DNA from: a virus
Lineage: Duplodnaviria > Caudoviricetes
Virus record (IMG/VR): IMGVR_UViG_3300023119_000004
Direction: 5' to 3' (one strand)
Length of the DNA stretch: 64,000 nucleotides
Of the stretch, positions 15,714-25,377 are shown piece by piece. A program made the position numbers and the translations under genes. The notes under the pieces are model-generated. The model was not told the origin of the DNA. It was given only the letters and a program-made list of their open reading frames with translations, and made no database searches. Every line of letters begins with the position of its first letter. The stretch's first letter is position 1.

Positions 15714-15832
15714 TTATAGATAAACGGATCTTTCTTTTGTAGTTCTTTAATCTTCTTTTTAAATTTTCTGTTTTCATTCCATTTCTTGAACTGACGCACA
15801 GGCCAAGTAATGATATTTTTTAACCAAACCAT
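15710..15832 (-). CDS. 40-aa basic microprotein (missed by the ORF track)
   Basis: Hand translation MVWLKNIITWPVRQFKKWNENRKFKKKIKELQKKDPFIYK; fills the gap exactly and overlaps both neighbours. Confidence 0.75.
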   Translation of the reverse strand: MVWLKNIITWPVRQFKKWNENRKFKKKIKELQKKDPFIYK

Positions 15833-16827
15833 TGTTTGCTCCTAAGTTTAATTTTTAACTCATTAGTTTCTTTTTGCATTATAATTGAATGCAAAGTATA
15901 AACTCTACCATATTTTTCAACAGCATCGTTTACATCTTTTACGTCCTCAGACCAGTCTGGCATACTAACCGACCAACCTAATTCTATTGCACGTTCTACT
16001 AATTGTTTACCTTTATCATCTCTATCAGGTACTAGTATTACTTCTTTATTTAAAGATTTTAGTAGTAGAGCCTGTTGATCTTTGACTTCGCTACCCATTA
16101 GTGCTACGCCATCAATATGTATAGCATCAATAGGACCTTCAACAACTACAGTAAATAGTCTATTGTAATTTTGTTCATCTAAGTTAAAAACATATCCTGG
16201 TTGTTGTTCACTTAGATACTTTGGTTGTTTATTAGGTAAAATAGTACGAGCAGTCCAGCCTACGATTTTCTTTTCATAAAAGAAAGGAATAATTACCCTA
16301 TCACGATAGCCAAGTTCAGGCGTCCAGTAAAACGGATAATCGTCTGTGTTTAGTTTTCTTGTTCTAAGATATTCAAACACTTTAACAAGATTACTATCCA
16401 TACCTGTTGGTTCTAGTGCCTTGTAATCGTCCCATTGGTTGATTTGTCTTGCACTATCAGGTAGTGGCACTTCGTTAAACTTTGGCAGTTCTACTATTTG
16501 AGAGTGGTCTATGTTCTCTTGGAATTGTAAAACAGCCAATGCTAATTTATTAATAGTGTCATCGGAAACATTAAGCCATTGCAGTAGTCTACGCATCTTG
16601 TGAGATAGTTTTCTACCTTTATTCCAACTTGCTTTGAATCCACAGTTGAAGCAATGATAACTTACACCGTCATCACCATTTTTAATTAGTCCGCCACGTT
16701 GTCTAGTATCTGCTGACGTTCCATTATGCACACAACAAGGTGCATTGAACGATGTCCAACCAGAAGGGGTTGTTTTCCGTTTATGCGGAAGGTGCGATAA
16801 GATTGTTTCATATACTAGACCACTCAT
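15820..16827 (-). CDS. gp61: DNA primase (T4 gp61-like)
   Basis: Zn finger (PCCVHN...YHCFNCG), TOPRIM VEGPIDA and PDRD motifs. Confidence 0.88.
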   Translation of the reverse strand: MSGLVYETILSHLPHKRKTTPSGWTSFNAPCCVHNGTSADTRQRGGLIKNGDDGVSYHCFNCGFKASWNKGRKLSHKMRRLLQWLNVSDDTINKLALAVLQFQENIDHSQIVELPKFNEVPLPDSARQINQWDDYKALEPTGMDSNLVKVFEYLRTRKLNTDDYPFYWTPELGYRDRVIIPFFYEKKIVGWTARTILPNKQPKYLSEQQPGYVFNLDEQNYNRLFTVVVEGPIDAIHIDGVALMGSEVKDQQALLLKSLNKEVILVPDRDDKGKQLVERAIELGWSVSMPDWSEDVKDVNDAVEKYGRVYTLHSIIMQKETNELKIKLRSKQWFG

Positions 16828-16863
16828 ACTATATAGTATAGTATCTCTTTAGTATAAAGTCAA

Positions 16864-17649
16864 CTAGTTTCTGACTAAAATTTTATCAATTGTTCCAGAA
16901 ACTTTGTTTTCCATTTTAACTCTAAGATGTGAATACACTCCATTAAAGTTAACGTATTCTGGTTTTGTAGGATTATTTAAATTGAGTGTTGTGATATCAC
17001 CCCAATTGGTTGCACCACTAACTTGATTATCCAAAGTACCTTGGATAGTTACATCGCCTTGAAACCCTGTAGTGTATACAGCGGCAGTATGTAATGCTTC
17101 GTTTCCGTTCTTTGCCGGATGGGCATCTATTGCTTCACTGTAAAAGATTCCTGTGCCAACACCTGTTTCATTAAATGTTGAAACACTATGCGGGTCACTT
17201 GGTCCAGGAAAAGCATTAGCAACAATTTGGATTGTACCTGCAGATTCAAAATGTGAATTAGCATACGTTAGTACATTATTGTTATTTGAATCCATTAGAT
17301 GTACATTATAACTAACAAATTGATGTTCTACATTTAACAGATCATTAGCAGTAATTGTTACAGTAAATTGACCAACTTTGCTCGGAGTAGTTGTTTCTAA
17401 AATAGTTCCTGTACGTTCTATAATCATATCGCCGTTAGAATCAAATGCTTGAAACTTAGGTGTGTATGTGTTTAAAATACTTAAAGATTTTTGATCGTGA
17501 TTTTTAATTTCAAAGGTTAAGGTATTGTCAATACCTCTATATACCTGTAAATGTCTACTGTACACTGGTTTATACTCCGTAATGTTGCTAGCCAAATCTA
17601 CTGAGAGAATGGCTTTGTTGGTTGCTAAATATCTGTATGTTAACTGCAT
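16864..17649 (-). CDS. Hypothetical, probably structural protein
   Basis: 261-aa beta-rich ORF with a late-type motif upstream. Confidence 0.65.
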   Translation of the reverse strand: MQLTYRYLATNKAILSVDLASNITEYKPVYSRHLQVYRGIDNTLTFEIKNHDQKSLSILNTYTPKFQAFDSNGDMIIERTGTILETTTPSKVGQFTVTITANDLLNVEHQFVSYNVHLMDSNNNNVLTYANSHFESAGTIQIVANAFPGPSDPHSVSTFNETGVGTGIFYSEAIDAHPAKNGNEALHTAAVYTTGFQGDVTIQGTLDNQVSGATNWGDITTLNLNNPTKPEYVNFNGVYSHLRVKMENKVSGTIDKILVRN

Positions 17650-17674
17650 AACAGTATTTATTTAAAAAAGAATC

Positions 17675-18046
17675 ATGCTATTAAAAGATATAGAAGAAAA
17701 ATTTCCATTCCTAAGCATTGTCCAGTACGGGGGCAATGAATATATCGGGATCATAAACAATCAAGACAACTACGTTACAAGTATGTACGTATACACAGAC
17801 TTAACTACAGATGTTGAGAAGCAACACTTCCTAGACATGGGCGAAACTTGGTGGTTTGAAAGCAACCGAACAATACCGATCAGTATCTTTCTTCCTAGAG
17901 AATTTCCAAAATTTAGACATTGCTTAATGACCATGAATACAAAAGATGTAAAGGTAACAGCAGGGCCTGTTGTTAATTTAGGCAACTTAGCAGTAAAGAG
18001 GGTAAAACGTAAAAGTGTTCAACTAGTACGCAAACCTAAAAAATAA
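17675..18046 (+). CDS. Conserved hypothetical protein
   Basis: 123-aa ORF divergent from its neighbour, with a basic C-terminus. Confidence 0.7.
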   Translation: MLLKDIEEKFPFLSIVQYGGNEYIGIINNQDNYVTSMYVYTDLTTDVEKQHFLDMGETWWFESNRTIPISIFLPREFPKFRHCLMTMNTKDVKVTAGPVVNLGNLAVKRVKRKSVQLVRKPKK

Positions 18047-18808
18047 TTACTTGTAGTATTTCGGACTTAGTTTAGGTCTATAGTGCTGTGCTTTAAACAT
18101 AGCATTGTGTATAAACTGTGTAACTCGATTATGCATTGATCGATGATCTCCCACTTCAACCTTCATCTCATAGTCTTCACGTTTAAAAGGAATTATTTGC
18201 ACAATAGGCATACCCATCGGTAACAATACTTCCTCGTCTAGTGGAGCAGTAAACCAAGTGTTTACGTGTAGTTCATGATAGATGTCTGTGTCAATAACGC
18301 CATTTAAAACTTCTAAGTTGCCGTGCTTGTTGTAGTGCGGAGCACAAACATAACAACTATAACCTTTAGGAGTTTTTACTTGCCACGGGTTTAGTAACTT
18401 AAACGTTCCTTCAAATGTATCAGGTGGAAAAGGATAAGCGTCCATCTGTTCATGCGGGTGTGTTGCCGCTCCGAACATATTGTTAAAAGGTCCTGCCGGC
18501 AGACGCCAAACAATGCCTTGTGGACAATGTTCGTTTTTCTCAATACGTTTAACTTTGTAGTCGCACCATAACGGAATAACATATCCCATATTCAATACAT
18601 CTAGTACTGCCGGACAACTTTTAACTGTTTGGTATCCGTCTTGATGACTACCATCTGGTGCCATGCCGTTCTTTTCAGAACCTAGTGACCAGTTCTTTGC
18701 GCCGCCTTGGTTCTTAAACCATTCGGGCCAATACTTACTTGCTGGCACTGGTGGCATTGCTTCTTTTAGTTCTTCATGTTGTGTAAAGAAAGTTACTTCT
18801 GTAGTCAT
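18047..18808 (-). CDS. Hypothetical protein, paralogous to 24156..24902
   Basis: Shared PEWFK/PDWWK, T/S-x-K-x-CPA and K.GDP/GMP..Q.IP motifs. Confidence 0.65.
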   Translation of the reverse strand: MTTEVTFFTQHEELKEAMPPVPASKYWPEWFKNQGGAKNWSLGSEKNGMAPDGSHQDGYQTVKSCPAVLDVLNMGYVIPLWCDYKVKRIEKNEHCPQGIVWRLPAGPFNNMFGAATHPHEQMDAYPFPPDTFEGTFKLLNPWQVKTPKGYSCYVCAPHYNKHGNLEVLNGVIDTDIYHELHVNTWFTAPLDEEVLLPMGMPIVQIIPFKREDYEMKVEVGDHRSMHNRVTQFIHNAMFKAQHYRPKLSPKYYK

Positions 18809-19374
18809 GCTTTTTCCTTTTCTAATTGTTCGCACAACAGATTCATGTGTACAACTATCGCATGAGCATAAGCAACTGCGTGTGCCTTTTTAAAATAATA
18901 ACTGCCGTCAGTTGGTTTCGTCCACACTTGACTCATCACCGTATCCCACGGTTGTCCAATCAAATGTCTCTTCGCCGGACGTATCATTGCTAGTACTGCG
19001 GCTAGTTGTTGTATGTTCGATGGTTTCATTTCTTGTAAGACTGTATTGTGTCCTGCGACGTGAAATAATTTGTCGCTGAATTCTTTGTGCGTGAGTAAAT
19101 CCCATAGTGGCTCTTTCTTCATCAAGTGATCGAGATGTGCTTCATCTCTTATATCATTATATATCGAAACATTAAGAAAATCTAGTTTAAAATATCCTCT
19201 TTCTTCTGCTTCTTCATATTCAATAGTTGAAACATTGTCAATCGGGTTATGGGGACATTCTGTTACATACACTCCTGTATTATGTTTCTTACCTGTAGAA
19301 AGTTTTGCCACACGGTGCTCTATCTTATCTAAGATAATATCTCTGTTTGCAAAGTCTATATCAATATCAGGCAT
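18805..19374 (-). CDS. dnaE: Miniature DNA polymerase III alpha-like protein
   Basis: PDIDIDF, FKLDFL, LAAVLAMIRP and YFKKAHAVAYA motifs in only 189 aa. Confidence 0.75.
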   Translation of the reverse strand: MPDIDIDFANRDIILDKIEHRVAKLSTGKKHNTGVYVTECPHNPIDNVSTIEYEEAEERGYFKLDFLNVSIYNDIRDEAHLDHLMKKEPLWDLLTHKEFSDKLFHVAGHNTVLQEMKPSNIQQLAAVLAMIRPAKRHLIGQPWDTVMSQVWTKPTDGSYYFKKAHAVAYAHAIVVHMNLLCEQLEKEKA

Positions 19375-19389
19375 TATTATATACTAACA

Positions 19390-19707
19390 TCATTCTGTTG
19401 ATTCGTCAACCTCATTTGGTTTTGAAATTGGTAATCCTGCTCTATCAAACCATCTACCGTCATCGGTAACATAAACAAAAGACCTAAAGTTATTACCATG
19501 TGTATCTTTTTTGATAATAGATTTTTTGGTTATACCACCTTTGTATTGTGTATAGTCTGCCTGCATTAATCTCATATGTCCTCCACTAGCCGGTGATCCG
19601 TATATTCTATCAACGCTTTCACCATTTGGACCAACATGGTTACTTACAAGTTGAAAATCGTTACCTGGCTTTGGAGTTACTGAATCAAAAGTTTCATCCT
19701 TGCTCAT
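19390..19707 (-). CDS. Hypothetical protein
   Basis: 105-aa ORF within the operon. Confidence 0.65.
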   Translation of the reverse strand: MSKDETFDSVTPKPGNDFQLVSNHVGPNGESVDRIYGSPASGGHMRLMQADYTQYKGGITKKSIIKKDTHGNNFRSFVYVTDDGRWFDRAGLPISKPNEVDESTE

Positions 19708-20393
19708 AGTCCGCTCTCCTTGACGATCTCTTTTACGAGTTCGACATCTGCTACGTGTCTTTTAAACCTAATTGCCCAGTGGTTTGGATTCATAACATTG
19801 CTTACAATTTGTAGTTGTTCGTCATTCATCTTGCCAAGCATATTACGTCCACTTTTACAATTTAGTATTAACCACGGCGACACTTTACCGTCTTTAATAT
19901 GTTGTGCTACACGATTCAAACTTGCATAGTTAAAATAATCTTGCCATCGTGCTTCATTATCATCACCCCAGTCCATCATAGTTTTAACACTACGTTCTAG
20001 TGCTGTTGTAACATCTTCTTTTAAAATTAATTCTAGTGCATACTTTTCATACATCTCTTCTCTGCACCAGTGATCTAATTTAACACCGCTAGTAACAACA
20101 TAGTCTATATATTTTTCAGGATACAAAGGTCTTACGTTGTTTAAAAAAGATCCAAACCTTACAAATGCATTATAGTATTGGCTATCACAAAACTGTTCAT
20201 AAGTTTTATTTTCTTTTGCTTTTTGACACAGTTTATAAAATCTATTAAATGTAAGATAGCCTAACTGTACACGCTTTTCATCTTTTTGTAAAGCACGTCT
20301 TTTCTTTTCGCATACGTGAACAATAAGAGTCTTTTCTTTTGTGTACCCTTTGTTGCAGTATGGACAAACAAATGGTTTATCAGAGTTTGACAT
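19704..20393 (-). CDS. Hypothetical protein with N-terminal C2H2/C2HC-like Zn finger
   Basis: CPYCNKGY......HVC; start moved to MSNSD. Confidence 0.7.
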   Translation of the reverse strand: MSNSDKPFVCPYCNKGYTKEKTLIVHVCEKKRRALQKDEKRVQLGYLTFNRFYKLCQKAKENKTYEQFCDSQYYNAFVRFGSFLNNVRPLYPEKYIDYVVTSGVKLDHWCREEMYEKYALELILKEDVTTALERSVKTMMDWGDDNEARWQDYFNYASLNRVAQHIKDGKVSPWLILNCKSGRNMLGKMNDEQLQIVSNVMNPNHWAIRFKRHVADVELVKEIVKESGL

Positions 20394-20847
20394 CTTTCTT
20401 TTCAAATCCAAGATCGGTTGCATACGTTTCGAGTTCTTTTTTTGTAGATATTCTAGCAAGGAGTTCTACCTCATCTTTTTTCATATTAGGGAAACGATCT
20501 AATAAAAACTTAACTGCTTTGTTATCAGATCCTTTTGATTTCAAACCTAACCACTCATGTCTCCTTGGACTAGCCTGTGCGTTATGTGTTGCACATAATA
20601 ACTGCCATTGTAGTTGTGGGTGTTTAGTACCTAGAACATTCCAGTTCTTATTATAATATTCATTAGTTGCAACAATGGCCCATTCTTGAGCATCTCTATT
20701 TCCTGCAACCGAACTAGCATACCTGTTTAGTAGCCAGTAGTTTAATTCTTTGCGTTCTTCATCAGACCATTCTTTGAATGCACCTTTGGCATTCATATCC
20801 ATGGCCATAAAGATTTCATTTAGTGGAAGTTTCTTTTTCTGTTTCAT
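20380..20847 (-). CDS. Putative clamp-loader small subunit (gp62-like)
   Basis: LLNRYASS..NE..N..LQWQLL..RRHEWL pattern, size and replication-gene context. Confidence 0.5.
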   Translation of the reverse strand: MKQKKKLPLNEIFMAMDMNAKGAFKEWSDEERKELNYWLLNRYASSVAGNRDAQEWAIVATNEYYNKNWNVLGTKHPQLQWQLLCATHNAQASPRRHEWLGLKSKGSDNKAVKFLLDRFPNMKKDEVELLARISTKKELETYATDLGFEKKDVKL

Positions 20848-21079
20848 CTTTTATAGTATACCATATTGTTTCAACTTTGTCAAGTGCTTTTCTTAAAGTT
20901 GGATAATTTTTACTAGCGTCTATAATATCCATCCATTGATTGAAATCTTCAAATAAATTCTTTTGTGGGTTACCGCCAACAACCCAACGGTCTATTTCCG
21001 GGCGGTTCGCATAACGAGCATAAACTACATCGTCTACACGTTCGTATATCAAATCTTCGCCCGGAATTAGTTTAGCCAT
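20816..21079 (-). CDS. Hypothetical protein
   Basis: 87-aa ORF (LIYERVDDVVYAR). Confidence 0.65.
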   Translation of the reverse strand: MAKLIPGEDLIYERVDDVVYARYANRPEIDRWVVGGNPQKNLFEDFNQWMDIIDASKNYPTLRKALDKVETIWYTIKDETEKETSTK

Positions 21080-21726
21080 TACTTCACTTTGAATTTGCTT
21101 CTTAAGTATTGAAGTAGTAAGCCATATGCTGGTAGGAATACAATTAGTCCTACAACGATCTTAGTCAGTGTATTGTTCTGTGCAACTACGTGCCAGTTAG
21201 CACCAATCCAAGATAGATTGCCTTCTGCATCTGTAGAACCTGCAAACGCCACATAAAAGAATGAGTATGTGTCAATGATGTTAGCCGCGATAGTTGAAAT
21301 CGCTGGAGCCGCCCACCATGCGTCAGAACGTTCTCTAATTGCCTGGAATACATATACGTCTAGCATAGTACCAATAGCATAAGCAGTACCACTTGCAAAA
21401 CCAACTCTGTATGCGTGTGGATCATCTAATGCTAACAGCACGAGGACTGAGGCAATAATAGCAGGAATAATAGCCATTGCTACAACAGCACGACCTGCTT
21501 CTTTACCAACCATACGTACTGTAAGGTCAGTTGCTACGACTACAATCGGGAATGTGAATGCGGCCGCCGCTAGTGGAAATGATCCAAACAAGGGCAAGTC
21601 TGCACCTGGAAATAGATCAAATCTAATTGTTACTAAGTAATTACTTACTGCAATTACTAGTGTGTGTAGGATTACTAGTTTAGTTACTAGTGCTCTATCT
21701 ACACCTTCTAGTAGTTTTGTAAACAT
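21079..21726 (-). CDS. yhhQ: Queuosine-precursor (preQ0/preQ1) transporter, YhhQ/VUT family
   Basis: VIAVSNYLV, AFTFPIVVVATDLTVR..G...GR.VV, AS..AY..G..LDVYVF and ST..AN.IDT..FF.VAF motifs; multiple TM helices. Confidence 0.85.
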   Translation of the reverse strand: MFTKLLEGVDRALVTKLVILHTLVIAVSNYLVTIRFDLFPGADLPLFGSFPLAAAAFTFPIVVVATDLTVRMVGKEAGRAVVAMAIIPAIIASVLVLLALDDPHAYRVGFASGTAYAIGTMLDVYVFQAIRERSDAWWAAPAISTIAANIIDTYSFFYVAFAGSTDAEGNLSWIGANWHVVAQNNTLTKIVVGLIVFLPAYGLLLQYLRSKFKVK

Positions 21727-21727
21727 A

Positions 21728-22096
21728 TTATTTCTTTCCTTTTGTTACTACGGAGCCTACTGTTCGACGAACAATATCGTCATGATTAAATTCAGCCCAG
21801 TAAAGTTCAAAAGCGACTCCATCTTCCAAACCTTCGAACTGGTGAATTTTGCCGGGTTTCACTTGCGTGAACTCCCCTGGACCAAGTATAGTTTCATCAA
21901 CTAATCCATCTTGGTCATCTTGCCAAACACGGACAAGCATCTTGCCCGATTCAACAAAGAATCCGTTCCATTTATATTTGTGTTCATGTTCCGAACATTT
22001 AAACCCTGCTTTGTATTCGATACGGTGAAATTCTAGCACACCATTGGCGTGAATTAATTCTGTTTGTCCCCAAATTTTTCCTGCTTTCATAGTCAC
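21728..22096 (-). CDS. Cupin-domain protein
   Basis: CSEHEHKYKWNGFFVESG...GKIHQFEG. Confidence 0.75.
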   Translation of the reverse strand: MTMKAGKIWGQTELIHANGVLEFHRIEYKAGFKCSEHEHKYKWNGFFVESGKMLVRVWQDDQDGLVDETILGPGEFTQVKPGKIHQFEGLEDGVAFELYWAEFNHDDIVRRTVGSVVTKGKK

Positions 22097-22108
22097 TATC
22101 CTTTCTCC

Positions 22109-22879
22109 TTAATCGATAAATTTAAATAGTTTTTCCTCAACGTGTCCGTCAATATTAATATAACGTCTAATTGTATCTGGATTTTCTCTTGGTGTAACAC
22201 CATGTAAACTGTTTACAGTATTAAGGAAACATACCATAGTATTTCTTGCATAAGGAATATGATCTACTACTTCAATGTCTTCGTCTACTGCTTCACGTCC
22301 TGTTACTCTACGCCATTGCTTACCTGTTGTATTTCTAAATACATTTAGTCCGCCATCTGTTCCTTTGTCTTCAGGTTTCTTAAAATAAAATAGACAAGCA
22401 AATAATTCTTTAGCCTGATCAACGTGTGGTGTTCTAATTTGAATATTGTCAATAGCATTAGCAACAAATTGCATTTCCATTCTGATAGTTCCTTTTTTAG
22501 GATACATTCTTGGACTTACATCTGATCTAATATACTTTGTATAAAGGTCTTCTTTAAAACCTTTTGTAGTGTTATAGTGTTCAACAATACCACTACGGAA
22601 GGCTCTAATTAGTTCATCTTTAAATAACTTACTAGTGTTGTAGTTAATAAATTCTCTCCAAGTATCGCTTATTACATTTGAATAATCAAAGTCATGCTGA
22701 CGATATCTTGCTGTACCAAATCCGGTACTTCTACCTTCAGTAACATATTCTTCTGGATATTCTGCTTCTAGTTTTTCATATAAGTCCCACGGCAATACTT
22801 CTGGAATATAGATGTAAGGAAAAGGATCTAACTTTAAGTTTTCGTTCTTAAAGTTTTGTAATACTGAATACTTGTTCAT
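22109..22879 (-). CDS. 2OG-Fe(II) oxygenase-like protein
   Basis: DPFPYIYI start, PHVD (HxD), NSLHGVTPR and RRYIN. Confidence 0.75.
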   Translation of the reverse strand: MNKYSVLQNFKNENLKLDPFPYIYIPEVLPWDLYEKLEAEYPEEYVTEGRSTGFGTARYRQHDFDYSNVISDTWREFINYNTSKLFKDELIRAFRSGIVEHYNTTKGFKEDLYTKYIRSDVSPRMYPKKGTIRMEMQFVANAIDNIQIRTPHVDQAKELFACLFYFKKPEDKGTDGGLNVFRNTTGKQWRRVTGREAVDEDIEVVDHIPYARNTMVCFLNTVNSLHGVTPRENPDTIRRYINIDGHVEEKLFKFID

Positions 22880-23595
22880 TTGTACCTTTCTGCTATCTCT
22901 GAACTTGAAATATTATCTCCTGCATATAAAAATTGTTGTGGCATAGTAAAAGGTTGGTCTTTAACTTTTTGCATAATAGCAACTACCATAGGATCTCTTT
23001 CCCAAGTATCTAAACTATATTTGTTACGATAGCCTTTGTCTCTAGTCAGTTTAGTTCCGAGTTTTTCGATACGACCTCCGTCGCTTTGTCCAATCCAAAC
23101 ACCATGCATTTTATAATCATTTTGGTTTGCTAGACAGAAAAATAAATTAGGATGGTAGTTGTAGAAGCCATGATCAACCCATCTATAAAATGGAAGTACA
23201 TGGATCATAAACCCGCCTAGTTTTGTAATATCGTGTGCGTTTTTAAAAACAGCATATTGATTAAAAACGTGTTCACCTGTTCCGTTATTAGTTACAAGGT
23301 CAAACTTTTCGTTAAAATCATAGTGCGAAACAATGTCCATATTAAGGTCCATTGCTTTGGCATCCATGTCTTCGTTTACATCAATTGCTAGATATTTTTT
23401 AAAACCACAAGCAAGATAAAATTCTTTTGTAGTAGTAGGACTTGCGTTAATATTTAATCGGTTAAAAATTGTTGCACGTGACTTGTTGTTTTTAAGTCTT
23501 TGATTTCCAAGATCACAAACTGTTGGTTCAGGACGAGTTCTAATTTCATCTAGTACTGTGTCAATTGCTGTTGTTACTAAGTTTGTAAATGACAT
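22876..23595 (-). CDS. Class I SAM-dependent methyltransferase-like protein
   Basis: DLGNQ, IDVN and FDLVTNNGTGEHVFNQ...GGFMIH motifs. Confidence 0.7.
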   Translation of the reverse strand: MSFTNLVTTAIDTVLDEIRTRPEPTVCDLGNQRLKNNKSRATIFNRLNINASPTTTKEFYLACGFKKYLAIDVNEDMDAKAMDLNMDIVSHYDFNEKFDLVTNNGTGEHVFNQYAVFKNAHDITKLGGFMIHVLPFYRWVDHGFYNYHPNLFFCLANQNDYKMHGVWIGQSDGGRIEKLGTKLTRDKGYRNKYSLDTWERDPMVVAIMQKVKDQPFTMPQQFLYAGDNISSSEIAERYK

Positions 23596-24159
23596 TTACT
23601 TCTCCAGTACTACAATGTATTTGTTGTTAGGGTGTACTCTGCCTTGCTTATCTGTTCTTGACTTTTCAACAAATTCATGATGCCTAATTTTAATTCCAGG
23701 CATATTCTTTTCAAGTCTGTCTTTCCACCAACCTGGTGTTTCAACAATCAAGTGTGCATTACGTCCATCGGGTAAAAACTTTTTAGCAGGACTTGTGGCA
23801 ATAATTAAGAAAGCACATTTATCAAAGTAACCATGAATTTCTTTTAGTACTGCATCTAGGAAAACAGGTTCAATATGTTCTAATACATCTGTACTGATTA
23901 GCATATCAAATGTTCCGTCAGGTTTATTATCAAAGCCAGGCATACCAGGATCATAACCAATTGTATTAATCTTATTGTAGTTTTCTTTTAGTGCTAATAC
24001 AACGCCACCTTTACCGCAACCGTAATCAATAACAGACTGTGGCTTATATTCTTTAAGCCATTTCTCAATAGTTTTTAATCCTTTAGCATCACCAAAAGAT
24101 GCTTTCTCGTCGTGCAGTTGTGATAACTGCCTTGCGTATTCCTCGCTTATAGTTTTCAT
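23596..24159 (-). CDS. Class I SAM-dependent methyltransferase
   Basis: VIDYGCGKG, GYDP and FDMLISTDVLEHIEP motifs. Confidence 0.85.
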   Translation of the reverse strand: MKTISEEYARQLSQLHDEKASFGDAKGLKTIEKWLKEYKPQSVIDYGCGKGGVVLALKENYNKINTIGYDPGMPGFDNKPDGTFDMLISTDVLEHIEPVFLDAVLKEIHGYFDKCAFLIIATSPAKKFLPDGRNAHLIVETPGWWKDRLEKNMPGIKIRHHEFVEKSRTDKQGRVHPNNKYIVVLEK

Positions 24160-24902
24160 GATTTTAATCTTTCTTCCTGCTTTTTAATATTTTTAACCGA
24201 TTTCATATAACTGCCAACAGCAGAAATATTTGTTGTATTTAAGCGACTCATTTCTTCACCACTTACTATGTGGCAACGAACCTCTATTGGATTTTCGGAC
24301 ATTGGAATTAGTTGTAACCACGGATCGCCCGGATTAATTTTAAGTTCTTGTCCAAAAGGTAACATAATATTATTCAATACAGCGTGTTGATATTTGTATT
24401 CAACAATACCAGGTACTCCCCAATATGCTAACGGATTGGTTGTATGCCAGTCTGGTTTAATCCACATCCATTTGACACCAGTTGATTCTTTTATTAACCA
24501 AGGTGATCCAATTTTAACATGAGCCATATCTGGTTTATGAAAATTCCAATCTTGCTCATCATGCGGTAATAATGCTGTGTGTTCTGGAAACACACGTTGT
24601 TCGATTCTTCCAAAGTTGTCTACTTTAAAATGTAGTTCACACCAACTTGGAAAGATAACACCTTGTTTTAGTATTTCATTAATAGCAGGACATTGCTTCA
24701 TACTACTAACAGGTATTGAATTATCCTGTGCTGTAAAAAGACCTCCGTCTGTTCTACTTGCTGGTAATGACTTCCACCAGTCAGGAATAAACTTTTTAGC
24801 CAACATTGGTTGAAATTGATCGTAACAATACTGTTGGTTAGTAAAAACGTCTAATACAATTTTCTTTTTCTTAAATAAGAAGTCCATAATCAATTGTTTC
24901 AC
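24156..24902 (-). CDS. Hypothetical protein, paralogous to 18047..18808
   Basis: SMKQCPAI and PWLIK motifs shared with its paralogue. Confidence 0.65.
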   Translation of the reverse strand: MKQLIMDFLFKKKKIVLDVFTNQQYCYDQFQPMLAKKFIPDWWKSLPASRTDGGLFTAQDNSIPVSSMKQCPAINEILKQGVIFPSWCELHFKVDNFGRIEQRVFPEHTALLPHDEQDWNFHKPDMAHVKIGSPWLIKESTGVKWMWIKPDWHTTNPLAYWGVPGIVEYKYQHAVLNNIMLPFGQELKINPGDPWLQLIPMSENPIEVRCHIVSGEEMSRLNTTNISAVGSYMKSVKNIKKQEERLKS

Positions 24903-25377
24903 TTTGTCTACTAATATCTTTTACAAACCATGCACACACAGGATCTTTACCTTCTGTTAACGGAACACCTAGTAGTTGTCCATTTTTCATTTTAGGAAAA
25001 TACCATTTCACATCATTGTAAAAGTTTGTAATTTTTACTTCGCCCCAGTTCATAGTATAACTTGTTAATGGGTTGAATAAAAATGCTTCAAAGCCTCTGT
25101 CATTTAAACTTGTTAGTGGTAATACTTCAATGTCGCCTGATCCTTCACTGTCACCTACTGCTAGATTCCAATCAATAGGCATTGTAATTTCTTTACCGTT
25201 AATTTCCATAACCATTGCTGGACTATTAAAACTTTCTAAAAAGATTAAAGGTATGTAAAAGAAATCCGGCTCTTTAGGATTACTATTATCTAATACTGCA
25301 AATCTAATATCATCTGTTAGTTCTTCTGGAAGATGCTCAAGTTCGTAGCATTGATTTTCTAATGTTAATATTCTCAT
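24871..25377 (-). CDS. Conserved hypothetical protein
   Basis: 168-aa ORF in the uvsW operon. Confidence 0.7.
   Translation of the reverse strand: MRILTLENQCYELEHLPEELTDDIRFAVLDNSNPKEPDFFYIPLIFLESFNSPAMVMEINGKEITMPIDWNLAVGDSEGSGDIEVLPLTSLNDRGFEAFLFNPLTSYTMNWGEVKITNFYNDVKWYFPKMKNGQLLGVPLTEGKDPVCAWFVKDISRQSETIDYGLLI

Noticed and set aside
21720-21735. preQ1 riboswitch upstream of yhhQ
   Set aside because: Only 1 nt separates yhhQ from the upstream cupin gene, and no aptamer pattern is visible.
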